From a virus (lineage: Duplodnaviria; Caudoviricetes): a stretch of DNA of 51,757 bases. The number at the start of each line of letters is the position of its first letter. Position 1 is the first letter of the stretch. Below are positions 1-9,054 of this stretch, in pieces. The notes beneath the pieces were generated by a model. It was not told the origin of the DNA, searched no databases, and saw only the letters and a list, made by a program, of their open reading frames with translations. A program made the position numbers and the translations under genes. The stretch spans positions 1 to 51,757 of IMG/VR virus record IMGVR_UViG_3300032117_000040; one strand, written 5' to 3'.

Positions 1-18
1 TATCTCTGAAAATTTCAT
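1..18 (-). CDS. 5' fragment of an early gene running off the window edge
   Basis: ATG at 18 is preceded by the same AAGGGGCTAAAAA-ATG motif as the neighbouring early genes. Confidence 0.5.
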
Positions 19-119
19 TTTTTAGCCCCTTGTAAGTAGTTGATTTTTTTTAGCGATAGCCCTTGCGGATGCAAATAAGCCGAATTTTAAAAATAGCGCG
101 TGTTTTTCTTTTAGTTCAT

Positions 120-599
120 TTAGCATACAATCACCCCATTTTCGGTAAATTCGTACTCATTCAAGGCTATGTTTTCATCGACACTATCATTTTCATATTG
201 AGAATCGATATCATTGCGCACGCATTGCAAAAAGTTTTCTAGCGCTAGATTAAACGAATAAAACGCATCGCCCGTTTTTTGAAACTCGTCGAAAAACGTA
301 TAACGCAAATCACAATCGAAACAAAACCCCGTAGGCATTGTTTCACGATCGAAACTTTTTAGTTTAACCCCGCGAAAATTCGCGGGCGTCGCGTCGGTTT
401 TGACAAAATCGCGGCGGGCGTCCCCCATGCAATAGTCAACCACTTTTACGCCGAATTCACTGCAAAAACTTTTAAGACAATCAAGGCATTCAGAAAACCA
501 AGGGTATTCAATATGCTCCCGATACCATGCGCGGGCGTTTTCTTTTGCATCGTCGCCCAATTCGTCGAAAGTGTAAATTTTGGTTTCAATAATTCGCAT
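120..599 (-). CDS. early phage hypothetical protein (YTFDEL..AKE.AR.WYR / EYEFTENG type)
   Basis: 159-aa ORF with the shared RBS motif; acidic and aromatic; part of a tightly packed leftward operon. Confidence 0.8.
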   Translation of the reverse strand: MRIIETKIYTFDELGDDAKENARAWYREHIEYPWFSECLDCLKSFCSEFGVKVVDYCMGDARRDFVKTDATPANFRGVKLKSFDRETMPTGFCFDCDLRYTFFDEFQKTGDAFYSFNLALENFLQCVRNDIDSQYENDSVDENIALNEYEFTENGVIVC

Positions 600-610
600 T
601 TTGTGCCCCC

Positions 611-874
611 TTACGCTAGGTCAAGACTTACATTAAAAAGCGCGTTTTCGTCGTCGCCCCATTCAGACAAAAACGCGCACGTCGCGCCCGATTTGCTATC
701 AAATCGGATCGAGTCGCCATAATCGGCGACGCGGTGAAAACGTAAGCCGCTATGCTTATTCAATCGAGTAATTGCCCCGCGTGCGCTTTTTGCGCGCACC
801 TTATGGCGAGTTACCCATGAGTAGTTAGCCTCGCCCCCGAAGGTGTCGGTTATCTCAATTAGAAAATGCTTCAT
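611..874 (-). CDS. early phage hypothetical protein (TDTFGGEANYSWV motif)
   Basis: 87-aa ORF with the RBS motif, packed in the operon. Confidence 0.75.
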   Translation of the reverse strand: MKHFLIEITDTFGGEANYSWVTRHKVRAKSARGAITRLNKHSGLRFHRVADYGDSIRFDSKSGATCAFLSEWGDDENALFNVSLDLA

Positions 875-886
875 TTTGTGCCTTCA

Positions 887-1516
887 TTAAATGTAAAAAT
901 CGGGGCGTATTTCAACAAATCGCCCGTCGTTATAAATTGACAAAAAAGCCCCGCGTTTTTTGCTATAGAAGACGGGCGTTTTGTAGTTGTTTTTTAGATA
1001 GCCTTGCATTTCATAAAATGGATGCTTAGCGTATCCGATAGAAAATCGATCGTTTTCGGGTACTTCGCGCCCGTCGCTATAGTTGACGCTCCACCCCAAA
1101 ACCCAATTAAAAAAACCACTTTCCGCGACGTTATCAACGCGGAATATTTGCGGGCGCCCATAATTTCCGCGCACGTCGCCGCCCTGATGTATCTCAACTG
1201 CGACAAATACATCATCACAATAATAAAAGTCTGATTCTGACTCGGGATAAAAAATTTGATACTGAAAAACGCTAGAAAAGTCGTTTTCATGGTTGTATAC
1301 GTTATCAACTTCAGTGCATTTATAGCGCGTGCCCGTCTCATCGTGTAACGCGGCTTTTATGTCGTATTCGCATTGCATTAGCCATTTTTTAGATAAAATT
1401 TTCTCTAATTCGCCCCCGTCCAATACTTCGCGGCCTAAAGTTTGCTCTAAAAATTCTCCCGTATCAATTGAGCAATATTCGGGCGCGTTTTCGTCGATTT
1501 GGATTAAGTCACGCAT
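887..1516 (-). CDS. early acidic hypothetical protein
   Basis: 209-aa ORF with the RBS motif; HQGGDVRGNY motif. Confidence 0.75.
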   Translation of the reverse strand: MRDLIQIDENAPEYCSIDTGEFLEQTLGREVLDGGELEKILSKKWLMQCEYDIKAALHDETGTRYKCTEVDNVYNHENDFSSVFQYQIFYPESESDFYYCDDVFVAVEIHQGGDVRGNYGRPQIFRVDNVAESGFFNWVLGWSVNYSDGREVPENDRFSIGYAKHPFYEMQGYLKNNYKTPVFYSKKRGAFLSIYNDGRFVEIRPDFYI

Positions 1517-1790
1517 TTTTTGCCCCTTCGACTAATTTGTTTAAATGGCTACACAATTCGTCTAAAGAGTAGGATTGAAAAACAACGCCCCCGCCGAATT
1601 GCTTATTGTGAAACTTACGCCCCCCAGCTTTATTTGCTAACTTGCACGCCATAACATAACGCTCGGACAATCCGAAACCGATACCCTTATTCGCCCCGTG
1701 CACGTCAAGCGCCAAAAAGTGAGTGACATAGCGCGGGTTTCCGTTAACGTCATTTTTAACGCGCATAAAATCATTAGGTTTAATAGTCAT
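1509..1790 (-). CDS. early hypothetical protein (NDVNGNPRYV / GGGVVFQSY motifs)
   Basis: 93-aa ORF with the RBS motif; overlaps the start of the next gene. Confidence 0.75.
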   Translation of the reverse strand: MTIKPNDFMRVKNDVNGNPRYVTHFLALDVHGANKGIGFGLSERYVMACKLANKAGGRKFHNKQFGGGVVFQSYSLDELCSHLNKLVEGAKNA

Positions 1791-1804
1791 TTTTTGCCCC
1801 TTAT

Positions 1805-1894
1805 TTAGAATCCGATAGCCATTAGCACAATGGCGACAAGTAACACCACTGGCGCGGTAACGATTAAAATCTTGTCTACTATGTGAGAATTCAT
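1805..1894 (-). CDS. 29-aa single-TM peptide (MNSHIVDKILIVTAPVVLLVAIVLMAIGF)
   Basis: Translated by hand, below the ORF-track cut-off; AAGGGGCAAAAC-ATG RBS; fills the operon gap exactly. Confidence 0.65.
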   Translation of the reverse strand: MNSHIVDKILIVTAPVVLLVAIVLMAIGF

Positions 1895-1904
1895 GTTTTG
1901 CCCC

Positions 1905-1994
1905 TTACAGTTTAGAGATAACGTAAACACTAACAAAACCAATGAGTACCATGCCAAAGCATGAGACGTTAGCTAACAGTTGAATAGAAGTCAT
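1905..1994 (-). CDS. 29-aa single-TM peptide (MTSIQLLANVSCFGMVLIGFVSVYVISKL)
   Basis: Translated by hand; AAGGGGCTAAAAA-ATG RBS; first gene after the leftward promoter. Confidence 0.65.
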   Translation of the reverse strand: MTSIQLLANVSCFGMVLIGFVSVYVISKL

Positions 1995-2047
1995 TTTTTA
2001 GCCCCTTTTCGTTTTCGGCGTTGCACTATTGCCCCGCCATGTTTTGT

Positions 2048-2075
2048 ATTGTAAGGGAATTTTTTACAGTGTCAA
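2048..2075 (-). promoter_or_regulatory. sigma70-type early promoter
   Basis: Minus strand reads TTGACA (2075-2070), 16 nt, TACAAT (2053-2048); overlaps a TGTAA..TTACA dyad, with TTGTAAAG repeats upstream. Confidence 0.7.
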
Positions 2076-2111
2076 GGGGGCAAATTGTAAAGAATTGTAA
2101 AGGTATTTGTT

Positions 2112-2729
2112 GTGACAATATGGCCTATTTTTATGGGTCATAAGGGGCGTTTTATAGGTCATTATATGGGTCAAAATGCGCGTTTTGTAAAGAATAGTTT
2201 TTTGCTTTTTGCTAGGGGCTAACGGGTGACAATTTGGCCTATAGGTTAAAAAATGCGTTTTCTAGGTCATATGGGTTTAGGCATGGGTCAATTTTTTTGA
2301 GGGGTTATGACCCATGAACAAAGCCCCGAAAATGCTAGGTTTTCGGGTTTTCTGGTTTAAATTGTCAATAGTTATTATTTTGGATTTGCTTAATAAATAT
2401 ATATTTCATAATGTGAAATAGTGTATATATATAAAGAATTTTGGGTTTTGGGTGACAATTTAGCCTATAAACCCCCGCGACAAAATCGGGCGATTATGGC
2501 GGGGGGCTAAAAATTTGAGGCTATAGGCATGGGGCTATTAATTTGGGGCTAGGGGCTATAGGCATGAGGCTATAGGCATGAGGCTAGGGGCATGAGGCTA
2601 ATTTTTAGTAACGTGCGCCCCCCGCCCCATGCCCCCAAATTTTTAGCCCCTAGCCGATAGCCTTAAATTTATAACCCCTTGCATAGCGACAATTTGACCT
2701 ATAACCCACAATTTGACAATTTGACCTAA
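2112..2729. repeat. iteron-like 17-mer GTGACAATTTGRCCTAT around an AT-rich core (candidate origin)
   Basis: Imperfect copies at 2112, 2226, 2452, 2686 and 2713, an inverted copy at 2352-2368, and half-sites; AT-rich 2390-2432. Confidence 0.7.
2517..2600. repeat. degenerate tandem repeat, unit about GAGGCTATAGGCAT
   Basis: GGCTATAGGCATG occurs three times, plus GGCTAGGGG variants. Confidence 0.8.
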
Positions 2730-2972
2730 TAACTTAACATAATGGACATTGTATAAAATTACTTTACAATATAAGGGCGCGCGATCTTATGCCCTATGCC
2801 TTGCGGCTATCGGCACGGGGCTAGCGGGCACGCGACGGCGTGCATTTTCGCGCAAAAACCCCGCGCCGACGGGTAAAACTACTACTATTGTGCCAAATTT
2901 TACTTTGAAATTAGGAAAAAGGGACTCCATTAACAACCCCCTATCTAAAAGCGATCGGGCAAAACTTGGTAC

Positions 2973-2999
2973 TTGACAAAAGCTGTAAGCCCCTATAAT
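2973..2999 (+). promoter_or_regulatory. candidate promoter for the packaging/structural operon
   Basis: Perfect TTGACA and TATAAT, but only a 15-nt spacer. Confidence 0.45.
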
Positions 3000-3094
3000 C
3001 AGGCCATACCGAAAAAAGGTAGTCAAAAATCTAAAAGGGGACTCCTACCAGACGGGTACCCAAAAATTGAAATTTTGAAATCGGAGTCTGAGCC

Positions 3095-3514
3095 ATGAGC
3101 AATATGCGCTATTCTTTAGAACCTTTGTTTTACTCTTTCGCTTACGAGCCCAAGGAGATCAAAGCCACGCAAGCGCAGGTTGATCGCATCTACAAAGCTG
3201 CGTTCCTCGGGCTCAAAGATTCAAGCCTTGCGCTGGCAGCCGGACTGCTCCCCGCCGAATTCCGACAGCTCTTAGCCAACGACCCTTGGATCGAGATTGC
3301 GATCGAGAAGGCGCGCGCTGAGAGCGAATTGCACGCAGCACAAAAACTCTCTGAGAATGTCGAAGCTGGCGACACCAAGGCGATTGCTTTTAAGCTTACG
3401 CACATGCACGGCTACATGCCTGCACGACCCGAAGGCGGCGACGACAATACGCTCATCGTGAAGGTGGTAAACTCATTGCCATCACCCGACGAGAAGAAAT
3501 CAGAAGATGCCTGA
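3095..3514 (+). CDS. terS: terminase small subunit
   Basis: 139-aa helical protein directly upstream of and overlapping terL. Confidence 0.7.
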   Translation: MSNMRYSLEPLFYSFAYEPKEIKATQAQVDRIYKAAFLGLKDSSLALAAGLLPAEFRQLLANDPWIEIAIEKARAESELHAAQKLSENVEAGDTKAIAFKLTHMHGYMPARPEGGDDNTLIVKVVNSLPSPDEKKSEDA

Positions 3515-4790
3515 GATCACCGTCAACTTGCCTAGGCTACACAGTGGGCAAGAAAGACTGTTTCACCAACAAACGCGATTGAACTCTGTGCGCTGTGGAC
3601 GGCGCTGGGGGAAGACGCGCTTTCTCGAATACCTTGCAGCCCAAGGCGCGTGCAATGGGCTGAGTGTCGGAGTGTTCGCACCTGAGTACAAGCAGTTGGC
3701 CGAGCCGTGGGATCACTTGATTGATACGCTGGATCCCGTCAAGAAAACGGCCAACAAAAATGACGGCACGATCAAGACGGTCACGGGCGGCAAGGTGGAC
3801 TTTTGGACGCTCAACGACAACGACCTAGCGGGTCGGGGGCGCGAATACAACTTGGTGCTCATTGACGAGGCGGGGTTTACGAAGTCGCCGCAGATGAAAG
3901 ATATTTGGTTCAAGTCCATCAAACCGACGATGCTGACAACCAAAGGTATTGCGTGGGTGTTCTCGACACCCAATGGCGTAGACCCTGACAATTTCTTTTA
4001 CGCCGCGTGCAACGACGAAGAGCTCAACTTCACAAACTTTCACGCGCCGACGATCACCAATCCGTATGTGCCGCCAGAAGAGCTCGAACGCGAACGCGAA
4101 CGCAACCACCCGCTAGTTTTCAAGCAAGAGTACTTGGCCGAATTCATTGATTGGTCGGGCGTAGCGTTTTTCTCGTTGGACAAAATGTTGGTCAACGGCG
4201 AGGCGGTGCCCTACCCCACCACATGTGATGGGGTATACGCGGTGCTGGACACTGCGGTCAAGGGCGGCAAAGAAAACGACGGAACGGCAATCGTTTACAT
4301 CAGCGTCAACTCGCAGTCGCAACACCCGCTGACGATTCTCGATTGGGACATCATCCAAGTGGACGGCGCGATGCTGGAGCGCTGGATGCCCAGCGTGTTC
4401 ATGCGGCTGGATGACTTGGCCGCACTCACGGGCGCGCGCAAGGGCTCGGTGGGCGTGTTCATCGAAGACGCCGCCGCTGGCGCGATTCTTTTACAACAAG
4501 GCAAAGCTCGCGGCTGGCCTACTTACGCGATTGACAGTAAATTGACAAATTCAGGAAAAGATGAGCGCGCCATCTCGGTGTCTGGCTATTTTCACCAAGA
4601 GAAGCTTAAAATCAGCTCATTCGCGCTGAACAAGACGGTAAGTTTTAAAGGCGCCACGCGCAACCATCTTGTGACACAATTGGCCAGCTTCAGGCTCGGG
4701 GACAAAGAAGCATTCCGCAGGGCGGATGACTTACTCGATGCCGTCGTGTACGCGCTGGCCGTGGGCGTAGGCAACAAATACGGGTATTAA
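3507..4790 (+). CDS. terL: terminase large subunit
   Basis: Walker A GRRWGKT, Walker B LVLIDEA, STPNG coupling motif, nuclease DTA..DDLLDA. Confidence 0.95.
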   Translation: MPEITVNLPRLHSGQERLFHQQTRLNSVRCGRRWGKTRFLEYLAAQGACNGLSVGVFAPEYKQLAEPWDHLIDTLDPVKKTANKNDGTIKTVTGGKVDFWTLNDNDLAGRGREYNLVLIDEAGFTKSPQMKDIWFKSIKPTMLTTKGIAWVFSTPNGVDPDNFFYAACNDEELNFTNFHAPTITNPYVPPEELERERERNHPLVFKQEYLAEFIDWSGVAFFSLDKMLVNGEAVPYPTTCDGVYAVLDTAVKGGKENDGTAIVYISVNSQSQHPLTILDWDIIQVDGAMLERWMPSVFMRLDDLAALTGARKGSVGVFIEDAAAGAILLQQGKARGWPTYAIDSKLTNSGKDERAISVSGYFHQEKLKISSFALNKTVSFKGATRNHLVTQLASFRLGDKEAFRRADDLLDAVVYALAVGVGNKYGY

Positions 4791-4800
4791 GGGGTGCTGA

Positions 4801-6216
4801 ATGTCTGATGTCGTAGTAAACCAATCGTCACTCAACTCACAGTTGATTGAATTGCTCAATGCTGACAGCATTCAGCCGGGTACCGATGCGAGTTACGCAA
4901 TTTGTAAAGCAATTTGGGAATACCACCCACTTGGCGGTAAGCTCGTAGAAAAACCAATTCGCATGGCGCTGTCCAAGCCCCGACGCATCACCGTGGACGT
5001 TGAGCCCAAGGAGATGTTGGTAGAAGCATTTTGGCGCGAGTGGGAAAGCCTCGGCGCGACCAACCACATCCGCGACACCATGTTCATCAACCGCGCATAC
5101 GGCGCGGCGGCGATTGTGTTTGGTGCACCCAACATTCCCACCGATCAACCCATCAACCCTTGGGAGTTGTGGAAGCTCGATCTGTATTTCAACCAGCTCG
5201 ACCCGCTGAACTTGGCTGGCTCCATCGTGACCAACCAAAACCCCAATGCACCGGACTTTCAAAAGCCTCTGCCCTACACGACAGCCGCAGGCCAACCCTA
5301 TCACCCAAGCCGAAGCACCGTGGTGTTCAACGGCACGCCGATTTATCTGAGCTTTCAAGCTTCGGGCTTTGGCTACACAGGTCGCAGCGTATTCCAGCGC
5401 GCGCTGTATCCACTTAAGTCGTTCATTCAGTCGATGGTGACGGACGACATGGTGACGTACAAGGCGGGATTGCTGATTGCAAAACAAAAACCAGCAGGCT
5501 CGATCGTCAACCGACTCATGCAGACCGCCGCTGGCATCAAACGCACGTACTTGCAGCAAGGCACCACGGGCAACGTGCTGTCGATCGACATCGATGAGGA
5601 CATCGAGGCGATCAATTTGACCAACACCGACACGGCCATGACCACCGCGCGCGATAACATCATCGCCAACATTGCGTCAGCATCGGACGTGCCATCGATC
5701 TTGCTAAAAGACGAAGCATTCACGCAAGGGTTTGGCGAAGGCACCGAGGACACCAAGGCCATCGTGCAATACATCGACGGCATCCGCGAAGACATGGCAA
5801 CGCTGTTCATGTTTTTTGACAACATCGTCATGCACCGCGCATGGAACCCCGAGTTTTTTGAGGCGGTGAAAAACGAATACCCCGACGTCTACGGCAAGCT
5901 GTCATATGAACAAGCGTTCTACAAATGGCAAAAAGCTTTCAAACCATCTTGGCACAGCCTGATGGAAGAGTCTCCATCTGAAAAAGTCAAGGTCGATGAG
6001 ATCAAACTCAAAGGCATGACCGAATTGCTGCGCACCATCCTGCCGATCATGGATCCGCAAAACCGCGCGCGTGCAATTCAGTGGGCACAAGACAATTTGA
6101 ACGAAATGCCTGATATGTTTTCCAGCACGCTCACGCTCGATCCCGAGCTCATCACCGAGTACGAGCCGCCAGCCGAAGCTATCCCCACCGAGCGCTTGCC
6201 TGCGGCTAGGGGCTAA
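4801..6216 (+). CDS. portal protein (DUF1073-like)
   Basis: 471 aa, follows terL; HPSR and GRSVF motifs typical of this portal class. Confidence 0.85.
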   Translation: MSDVVVNQSSLNSQLIELLNADSIQPGTDASYAICKAIWEYHPLGGKLVEKPIRMALSKPRRITVDVEPKEMLVEAFWREWESLGATNHIRDTMFINRAYGAAAIVFGAPNIPTDQPINPWELWKLDLYFNQLDPLNLAGSIVTNQNPNAPDFQKPLPYTTAAGQPYHPSRSTVVFNGTPIYLSFQASGFGYTGRSVFQRALYPLKSFIQSMVTDDMVTYKAGLLIAKQKPAGSIVNRLMQTAAGIKRTYLQQGTTGNVLSIDIDEDIEAINLTNTDTAMTTARDNIIANIASASDVPSILLKDEAFTQGFGEGTEDTKAIVQYIDGIREDMATLFMFFDNIVMHRAWNPEFFEAVKNEYPDVYGKLSYEQAFYKWQKAFKPSWHSLMEESPSEKVKVDEIKLKGMTELLRTILPIMDPQNRARAIQWAQDNLNEMPDMFSSTLTLDPELITEYEPPAEAIPTERLPAARG

Positions 6217-6218
6217 AA

Positions 6219-7025
6219 ATGACGTTTCACGAGGTGCTTACCGAAGCCATCAACGACATCATGTTGCATGGCTTCGACACCAAACGTCGCATCGACTATT
6301 GGGTTGAGCGTTTGCGCACCGCCGCGCGCGCATCCCTCATACCCGAGCACCGCATCAATATGGAGATGGAAAAGTCCTTACAGGCCGCTTACAGTCGGCT
6401 AGTCACAAAAGGTGGTCTAGTCAATGCCAACGTAAGTAAATTTACAGTGGACAGGCTCAAGCCAAAACTGCGTGCCGAACTAGACCGCCGCATCATGGCG
6501 TCATCGGATTTGATCAAATATCGCCGCGAAGAATCCATTAACGAGACACTGCGCCGCTTTGAAGGGTGGTCTACATCCATTCCTAAAGGCGGTACGAAAG
6601 TTCTTGACAAGATTGAAGAGAAAAAAGAAATCCGCAAAGCTCTAAGCAAACTGCCGTTTGAAGAGCGCCGCGTGATCATTGACCAAACGCACAAGCTCAT
6701 TGCCAACATCAATGAGATCACAGCTGTGGACAGCGGCGCGATTGCTGCGCGTTGGCACTCCAACTGGAAGCAGATGGGCTACAACTACCGCGAAGATCAC
6801 AAGAAACTTGACGGAGATGTATATCTCATACGTGACAGCTGGGCTGTAAAAAAAGGTTTTGTGAAGCCAGATAAGGGCTACACAGATGAGATTATTTCCC
6901 CTAGCCAAGCGCCTTTTTGCCGTTGTCGCTATGTGTACCTATATAATTTACGTCAAGTAGAAGAATTGTTGACGCAAAAAGGTAAAGCTGCTCTACAATC
7001 CGCAAAATCTAAGCTAGGTACTTAA
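6219..7025 (+). CDS. head morphogenesis protein (Mu gpF/SPP1 gp7-like)
   Basis: Follows the portal; R.DH..LDG and PFCRC motifs. Confidence 0.8.
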   Translation: MTFHEVLTEAINDIMLHGFDTKRRIDYWVERLRTAARASLIPEHRINMEMEKSLQAAYSRLVTKGGLVNANVSKFTVDRLKPKLRAELDRRIMASSDLIKYRREESINETLRRFEGWSTSIPKGGTKVLDKIEEKKEIRKALSKLPFEERRVIIDQTHKLIANINEITAVDSGAIAARWHSNWKQMGYNYREDHKKLDGDVYLIRDSWAVKKGFVKPDKGYTDEIISPSQAPFCRCRYVYLYNLRQVEELLTQKGKAALQSAKSKLGT

Positions 7026-7028
7026 TCT

Positions 7029-9041
7029 ATGCCCTTTGAATCGGAACAACAACGCAAAGCAATGTACGCTGCCGCCGCTGGCCACAGCAACATTGGCATT
7101 CCACAAAGCGTTGGAGAAAAATTCGTGCGTCACGGAAGTGACAGCGATATTCCTGAAGAAGCAACTGTGTTGAGTACGCCTGATGAAGACCCTTGTTGGG
7201 AAGGCTATCAACAAGTGGGCATGAAGGAAAAAGGCGGTAAAGAGGTGCCAAATTGCGTTCCTGATGCAGTTGTGCCACGCTTGGGTGAAGAGCCCCATGC
7301 AACCGTACCTGTTGACAAAGATGCAGGTGCAGCTGGCCGCGCGTCAGGCATTATGTTTTTGACCGACACAGGCGAAGCTTTAATGATCCGCCGTGGCAAC
7401 GGTGGTGACTATCCCGGCACATGGGCTGTGCCCGGTGGCCATCAAAATTCTGGCGAGACTCTTGAAGAGTGCGCGCGCCGTGAATGTTTTGAAGAGACAG
7501 GCATCAAATACGAAGGCGCGCTTGAGGTTTTGTACGATGACGGCCAGTTTTGCACGTACATTGCGCGCCATGCTGAAAAAGTGCCTGTCAAACTCAACGA
7601 TGAATCAACAGGTTACGATTGGTGTTCTATTGACACCCCTCCTCAGCCTTTGCATCCCGGTCAAGCGATCTGTATGCGCATCGCTTCAGCCAATACCGAA
7701 TATCAAGTAGCCGAGCTCATTCGAGACGGTTTGTTGCCCAGCCCACAGATGTACGCCAACGTGATGTTGTTGGCCATTCGCATTACAGGCACAGGGCTTG
7801 CATATCGTTCAAGCATTGGTGAACACGTTTGGCGCGACCCATCGTTGTATTTAAACCAAGACTTTTTGAACCGTTGCAACGGTCTAATCGTGCTGATGGA
7901 TCACCCCGACACATCGGTATTGACTTCAAAAGAATTCAACGACCGTGCCGTGGGCAGCGTGATTTTGCCTTACATCAAAGGCGACGAAGTTTGGGGTATC
8001 GCAAAGATTTACGATCAACCTTCGATTAACGAAATTTTGGAAGGGGACATTAGTACCTCTCCCGCCGTAGTGTTTGACAACACTGCGGGAAACACTACAC
8101 TTACAACTGAAAACGGCGAGCCGCTTTTAATTGAAGGTGTACCATTCCTCTTAGACCACATTGCCATCGTTACGAAGGCGCGTGGATCAAAAGGGGTTTG
8201 GGACAAGGGCGGTGAACCCGCTGGCGTTTTATTAACCAACCCTGAGGTGTCTGATATGACAGAAAAAGTGAATGAGCCGAAGGCAGATGCCCAAGGCGAC
8301 AAACTCGATGCCATTTTGAACGCTGTGGGCGCACTTGCTGCCCGCGTCGATTCGATGGAAAAAAACCTTCCGGCTCCCCCTTTAGTCACTGCGGCTGACA
8401 AAAAAGCCAAAAAAGACGAAGAAGCCAAAATGGACGACGACGATCGTATGGACGACGACGAAGCCAAAATGGATGATGACGACTCTAAAAAAGACGACGA
8501 CTCCAAAGCCAAAAAACATCGTAAAGATGCTAAAGGCTCTGACCCCAAAGAGCACGACGAAGGCGAAATCAAGCCTGACGACGATTGCAGAATGGACGAT
8601 GACGAAGAAGAAGAAATGGCCAAAAAAGCTGATGAAGAAGCTGCAAAGTACGCCGACGCGCAAGCGAAAGCCGACAGTGTTCTCGCTGGATTTGGCAAGT
8701 CTGCTTCACGCCCATTGCAAGGTGAAAGCGTGATGTCTTATCGCAAACGTCTGTTGCGCGGTATGCAAGCCTACTCTGATAGCTTCAAAGGTATTGATTT
8801 GAACAGCATCCGCGACGCCAAGTTGTTGGATTTGGCTGAGAAACAAATTTTTGCTGATGCAGCTATGGCTTCACGTCATTCAGCTGGTGTCCCCGCTGGT
8901 CAACTGGTGGAAATCCACGAACGTGACCGCGCTGGCCGCATCATCACCAAGTTCAAAGGTTCTATGTCTGCATGGCTCGACGACTTCAAGTTGCCAGCTC
9001 ATCGCGTGACTAGCTTCCACACAGCCAACAACGCACGCTAA
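7029..9041 (+). CDS. prohead protease/scaffold (DUF2213-like) with an N-terminal NUDIX domain
   Basis: Nudix box GGHQNSGETLEECARRECFEETG; DHP, STSP and DHIAIV motifs; acidic C-terminal scaffold. Confidence 0.8.
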   Translation: MPFESEQQRKAMYAAAAGHSNIGIPQSVGEKFVRHGSDSDIPEEATVLSTPDEDPCWEGYQQVGMKEKGGKEVPNCVPDAVVPRLGEEPHATVPVDKDAGAAGRASGIMFLTDTGEALMIRRGNGGDYPGTWAVPGGHQNSGETLEECARRECFEETGIKYEGALEVLYDDGQFCTYIARHAEKVPVKLNDESTGYDWCSIDTPPQPLHPGQAICMRIASANTEYQVAELIRDGLLPSPQMYANVMLLAIRITGTGLAYRSSIGEHVWRDPSLYLNQDFLNRCNGLIVLMDHPDTSVLTSKEFNDRAVGSVILPYIKGDEVWGIAKIYDQPSINEILEGDISTSPAVVFDNTAGNTTLTTENGEPLLIEGVPFLLDHIAIVTKARGSKGVWDKGGEPAGVLLTNPEVSDMTEKVNEPKADAQGDKLDAILNAVGALAARVDSMEKNLPAPPLVTAADKKAKKDEEAKMDDDDRMDDDEAKMDDDDSKKDDDSKAKKHRKDAKGSDPKEHDEGEIKPDDDCRMDDDEEEEMAKKADEEAAKYADAQAKADSVLAGFGKSASRPLQGESVMSYRKRLLRGMQAYSDSFKGIDLNSIRDAKLLDLAEKQIFADAAMASRHSAGVPAGQLVEIHERDRAGRIITKFKGSMSAWLDDFKLPAHRVTSFHTANNAR

Positions 9042-9054
9042 GAGGTAAATAGCC

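Noticed and set aside
2517-2600. CRISPR-like array
   Set aside because: The units are about 14 bp, adjacent and lack unique spacers, and there is no cas operon.
2749-3026. ORFs 2749-2976 (+) and 2787-3026 (-)
   Set aside because: No convincing RBS, non-ATG starts, and they lie in a promoter/repeat region.
4801-6216. Portal carrying a fused anti-CBASS (Acb1-like) nuclease
   Set aside because: The length fits a portal alone, and I saw no C-terminal 2H-phosphoesterase domain with paired HxT motifs.
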